This document shows, in pieces, positions 53,650-56,514 of a stretch of 56,514 nt of DNA. How positions within the stretch are numbered: the first letter of the stretch is position 1; each line of letters begins with the position of its first letter. The stretch is from the NCBI GenBank assembly GCA_964472515.1, contig CAYYMW010000003.1, positions 1 to 56,514 of the forward strand, in the 5' to 3' direction. Source of the DNA: an uncultured Verrucomicrobiota bacterium (GTDB taxonomy: Bacteria; Verrucomicrobiota; Verrucomicrobiia; Limisphaerales; J093). The notes beneath the pieces were generated by a model. It was not told the DNA's origin, did no database searches, and was given only the letters and a program-made list of their open reading frames with translations. The translations under genes and the position numbers were made by a program.

Positions 53650-55095
53650 ATGGACTTGTTGCCACTTAACCCGGGTCGACCGGGGCTGTTCAGACCCCAG
53701 GCGGGAACCACCCTGCTCGGGTTGGGCTTTGCCGAGGGCCGGATGGCGGCCGTGGAAGTGCGGCGCATCAACGGCTCCGTCGAAATCAAACACCGGCTCG
53801 CGGCCCCGCTGGCGGTGGACCTGCTGACCACCGCGCCGGAGTTGGTGGGCCGCGAGATTCACAAGCACCTCGAAGCGGCGGGGATACGCGCGCGCCAGTG
53901 CGTGGTGTGCCTGCCGGTCCACTGGGTCTTGACCGTCGCCTGCGACGTGCCCGCACTCTCGGGCGACGACCTGGCCAGTTTCCTGCAACTCGAGGCCGAA
54001 CGCGGTTTTCCGTGCAGCGTGGACAGCCTGGTGGTTTCCCACAGCCGCTATCGCACCCCCGGGGGACGGGACTGTGCGACCTTGGTGGGAGTCCCCCGAG
54101 GTCACGTCCAGCGGTTGGAGGAAGTCCTGCGCGCCGCCCAACTGCGGCCGGTCAGCTTCACTTTGGGTCTGCCCGCCTTGGCGGGCACGGAGCCGGGACT
54201 GGCGCTGCACCCGGGCAAGGGAGCCGTGGCCCTCGAGGTGGTCTGTGGGGGCGGAGTGGCGGCGCTGCGGCAGGTCCAGCCAGCGGGTGAAGCGGACGAC
54301 GAGGAGTCCAGCGTGGACCATCTGGCCCGGGAAATCCGCATCATGCTGGGCCAACTCCCCGATGACCTGCGCGAACTGACCCGCCGGGTTCGCATCTACG
54401 GCACGTCGGCGAACGAGGCGGGGCTGAAAGTCGAGGAGTTGGTGGCGAAGCTGGTCACTTTGGGTCTGGTGGCAGAGGGGATCACGCAAGTAGTTCCGGG
54501 CGAATGGCCTCTAAAGGTTCCTGCGGAGGCGACGCCAACCCCGGAGCTGAGCGTGACGGTGCGCGCGCTGGCCGGCAAGACACCGGAACTGGAGTTCCTG
54601 CCCCCGAAGGTGAGCCGCTGGCAGCAGTTGGCCAACCGTTACTCGCGCGGGCGGCTCGCCTGGGCCGGGATTGCCGCCGGCGGTCTGGCGATCATGGTGG
54701 CGCTTGCATTCGGCGTCCAACAGGCGCAGCTTGCCTATTGGAGGGGCAAATGGGACGGCATGAAGACGCGGGTCAACGAGCTGGACGACATCCAACAGCG
54801 CATCCGGCAATTCCGGCCGTGGTACGACCCGTCCTGCCGGTCCTTGAGCGTGTTGCGGTGCCTGACCGAGGCCTTTCCGGAGGACGGCGGGGTGTCCGCC
54901 AAGACCGTCGAGTTGCGGGAGAAAGCAGGGGTGGTCTGCACGGGCACCGCGCGGGATAGTCAGGCCCTGCTGCGCACGCTCGACAAGCTGCGCGCGGCCA
55001 AAGAGATTTCCGGCCTGCAACTCGAACAGATGCGCGGACGTTCCCCGCTGCAGTACTCCTTCCGTTTCCAGTGGAACGAGCGAGGCAACCCATGA
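53650..55095 (+). CDS. GspL/PilM-PilN-like alignment protein
   Basis: Actin-like cytoplasmic part, LEFLPP linker, one TM helix, periplasmic ferredoxin-like part (VVCTGTA); operon position. Confidence 0.75.
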   Translation: MDLLPLNPGRPGLFRPQAGTTLLGLGFAEGRMAAVEVRRINGSVEIKHRLAAPLAVDLLTTAPELVGREIHKHLEAAGIRARQCVVCLPVHWVLTVACDVPALSGDDLASFLQLEAERGFPCSVDSLVVSHSRYRTPGGRDCATLVGVPRGHVQRLEEVLRAAQLRPVSFTLGLPALAGTEPGLALHPGKGAVALEVVCGGGVAALRQVQPAGEADDEESSVDHLAREIRIMLGQLPDDLRELTRRVRIYGTSANEAGLKVEELVAKLVTLGLVAEGITQVVPGEWPLKVPAEATPTPELSVTVRALAGKTPELEFLPPKVSRWQQLANRYSRGRLAWAGIAAGGLAIMVALAFGVQQAQLAYWRGKWDGMKTRVNELDDIQQRIRQFRPWYDPSCRSLSVLRCLTEAFPEDGGVSAKTVELREKAGVVCTGTARDSQALLRTLDKLRAAKEISGLQLEQMRGRSPLQYSFRFQWNERGNP

Positions 55096-55628
55096 AGCTG
55101 CAAAACCGACAGAAACTGCTCGCCATCGTGGCGTTGGCCGCCGTCGGCCTGCTCGCGGGCGACCGGCTCTTGTTCACGCCGCTCGTCAATCAGTGGAAGG
55201 CGCGCGCCACCGAGTTGAGCCGCCTGCGGGAGAACGTGCGCCGCGGCACGCAGTTGATCGAGCGCGACACGGTCTTGAAGGCGCAATGGCGGTCAATGCG
55301 CACGAATGCGTTGCCGGCGGAGGCCTCCGTGGCGGAAAACCAATTGTTGCGCGCCTTCGACCGCTGGTCGCAGGACACCCGCGTGAGTGTCAACTCGGTC
55401 AAGCCGCAATGGAAATCCGGAGCGGGCGACTACACCACGCTGGAGTGCCGGGTGGACGCCAACGGCAATCTTCCCGCGCTGACCCGGTTCCTGCATAATC
55501 TCGAACGCGACGCCCTCGCCGTCAAGGTCGAGACGGTGGACATCACCGCCCGCGACGAGAACGGCGAGGTGCTCACCCTGGGATTGCAGGTGAGCGGATT
55601 GGTGCTCAACGAGAAACCGGCCAAATGA
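55092..55628 (+). CDS. GspM/PilO-like protein
   Basis: N-terminal TM + coiled coil, GNLPALTRFLHNLE; ATGA overlap. Confidence 0.75.
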   Translation: MKLQNRQKLLAIVALAAVGLLAGDRLLFTPLVNQWKARATELSRLRENVRRGTQLIERDTVLKAQWRSMRTNALPAEASVAENQLLRAFDRWSQDTRVSVNSVKPQWKSGAGDYTTLECRVDANGNLPALTRFLHNLERDALAVKVETVDITARDENGEVLTLGLQVSGLVLNEKPAK

Positions 55629-56206
55629 GACTGCCCTTACCTTTGATCGTGCTCGGCGTGGCCTGCGCCTGCGGGATGGGATCATCCGCGGGCGCTGAGG
55701 CGACCAACGCGCCTGCCGCCCGGGTGTCCGGGGCGCGCAATCTCGATTACGACGCCTTCCGGGCGATCAACGAGAAGAACATCTTCAACTCCAAGCGCTC
55801 CGGACGGTCGTCCGGCGGCAACCGCGAGGCTCGCAGGCCGGCGCGGGTCGACACTCTGAGCCTGGTGGGCACAATGAACTACGACAAGGGGCCGCTCGCC
55901 TTCTTTCAAGGTTCCGACGGCGACTATCGGAAGGCCGTTGCGCCCGGCGCGAAGATCGCCGGCTTCCGGATCGCCGCCGTGGAGGCCCAGGCCGTCACCC
56001 TGCAGGATGGGACCAACACCTATAAGCTGAGCCTTGGAACCGAGATGCGGCGCGAAGACGGCGGCGCGTGGAAGGTGAACGAATGGTCCGAACCGGCCGT
56101 GGATGCCAGTGCCGGCAGCAGCGCCAGTTCCAGCGGTGACGCGGGTGGCGAAGAAAACGAAATCCTCAAGAAATTACGGCAGAAACGAGAAAAGGAAATG
56201 CAATGA
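55625..56206 (+). CDS. GspC/PilP-like hypothetical protein
   Basis: N-terminal hydrophobic segment; KNIF, LSLVGT, AVTLQDG beta-rich HR-like domain; terminal LKKLRQKREKE. Confidence 0.55.
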   Translation: MRLPLPLIVLGVACACGMGSSAGAEATNAPAARVSGARNLDYDAFRAINEKNIFNSKRSGRSSGGNREARRPARVDTLSLVGTMNYDKGPLAFFQGSDGDYRKAVAPGAKIAGFRIAAVEAQAVTLQDGTNTYKLSLGTEMRREDGGAWKVNEWSEPAVDASAGSSASSSGDAGGEENEILKKLRQKREKEMQ

Positions 56207-56514
56207 AGACGCCCATCCTTTACGCGATGACGGCGGCCTGGCTCTGGCTGGGGCCGGCCCTTTCCTTCGCCCAGCCTGCGGACGCCCCGCCGGAGAACCC
56301 GCCGCCCGGCGACACGAACGAGGCGCGTCAAGCCAATCCTCCCCCGGAGCCTGCGCCTGGCGAGACGCCTGAGAACGCCCCGCCACCAGCGGTTCCCGAC
56401 GCCGCTCCCGGCGCCAACGAGGCCCCGACGCCCGGCGGTCCCGAATCCGCGCCCGCCGAAGCTCCTGCCACCGCGCCCGCAGCCACCCCACCCGTCCGCC
56501 GGGAGGTTCGGCCC
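56203..56514 (+). CDS. Exported protein with Pro/Ala-rich N-terminus, truncated by window end; probably the secretin (GspD) by position
   Basis: ATGA overlap, signal peptide MKTPIL...SFA|Q; only low-complexity sequence is visible. Confidence 0.4.
   Translation, partial: MKTPILYAMTAAWLWLGPALSFAQPADAPPENPPPGDTNEARQANPPPEPAPGETPENAPPPAVPDAAPGANEAPTPGGPESAPAEAPATAPAATPPVRREVRP

Overview
GC-rich bacterial chromosomal window. It most resembles a Verrucomicrobiota (PVC) genome, which I infer from gene content and protein style, not from a database match. Layout: (1) 1-22.4 kb, the 3' end of cydB then a carbohydrate-use and secreted-protein region: SGNH esterase, GH95, GH130, C-GCAxxG-C-C protein, Na+/solute symporter, a secreted protein with three pseudopilin-head-like repeats, a GH-A-like TIM barrel, a PQQ beta-propeller, a DUF4434 double hydrolase, LamG, an (alpha/alpha)6-like protein and NPCBM-GH36. 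(2) 22.5-27 kb, a lipoprotein, a frameshifted and internally deleted HI0933/BaiN pseudogene, and an AbiL-like AAA ATPase + RloB pair enclosed by a 50-bp direct repeat of that pseudogene's 3' end. (3) 27.2-33.1 kb, housekeeping prs-rplY-pth-rpsF-ssb-rplI and metX-metW. (4) 33.6-37.1 kb, a Type IIG restriction-modification gene with seven copies of a 24-bp palindromic-element arm inside its reading frame. (5) tyrS, then a flagellar/chemotaxis-type regulatory block (HDOD, CheX, REC-REC-STAS, TPR, FlgN-like, sigma54 activator) with no flagellar structural genes in view. (6) A candidate sigma54 promoter heading a T2SS/type IV pilus-like operon that runs off the right end. I found no rRNA, tRNA, CRISPR array, integrase or transposase. 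Family calls come from motif recognition only, and several start codons were moved inward from the ORF track.
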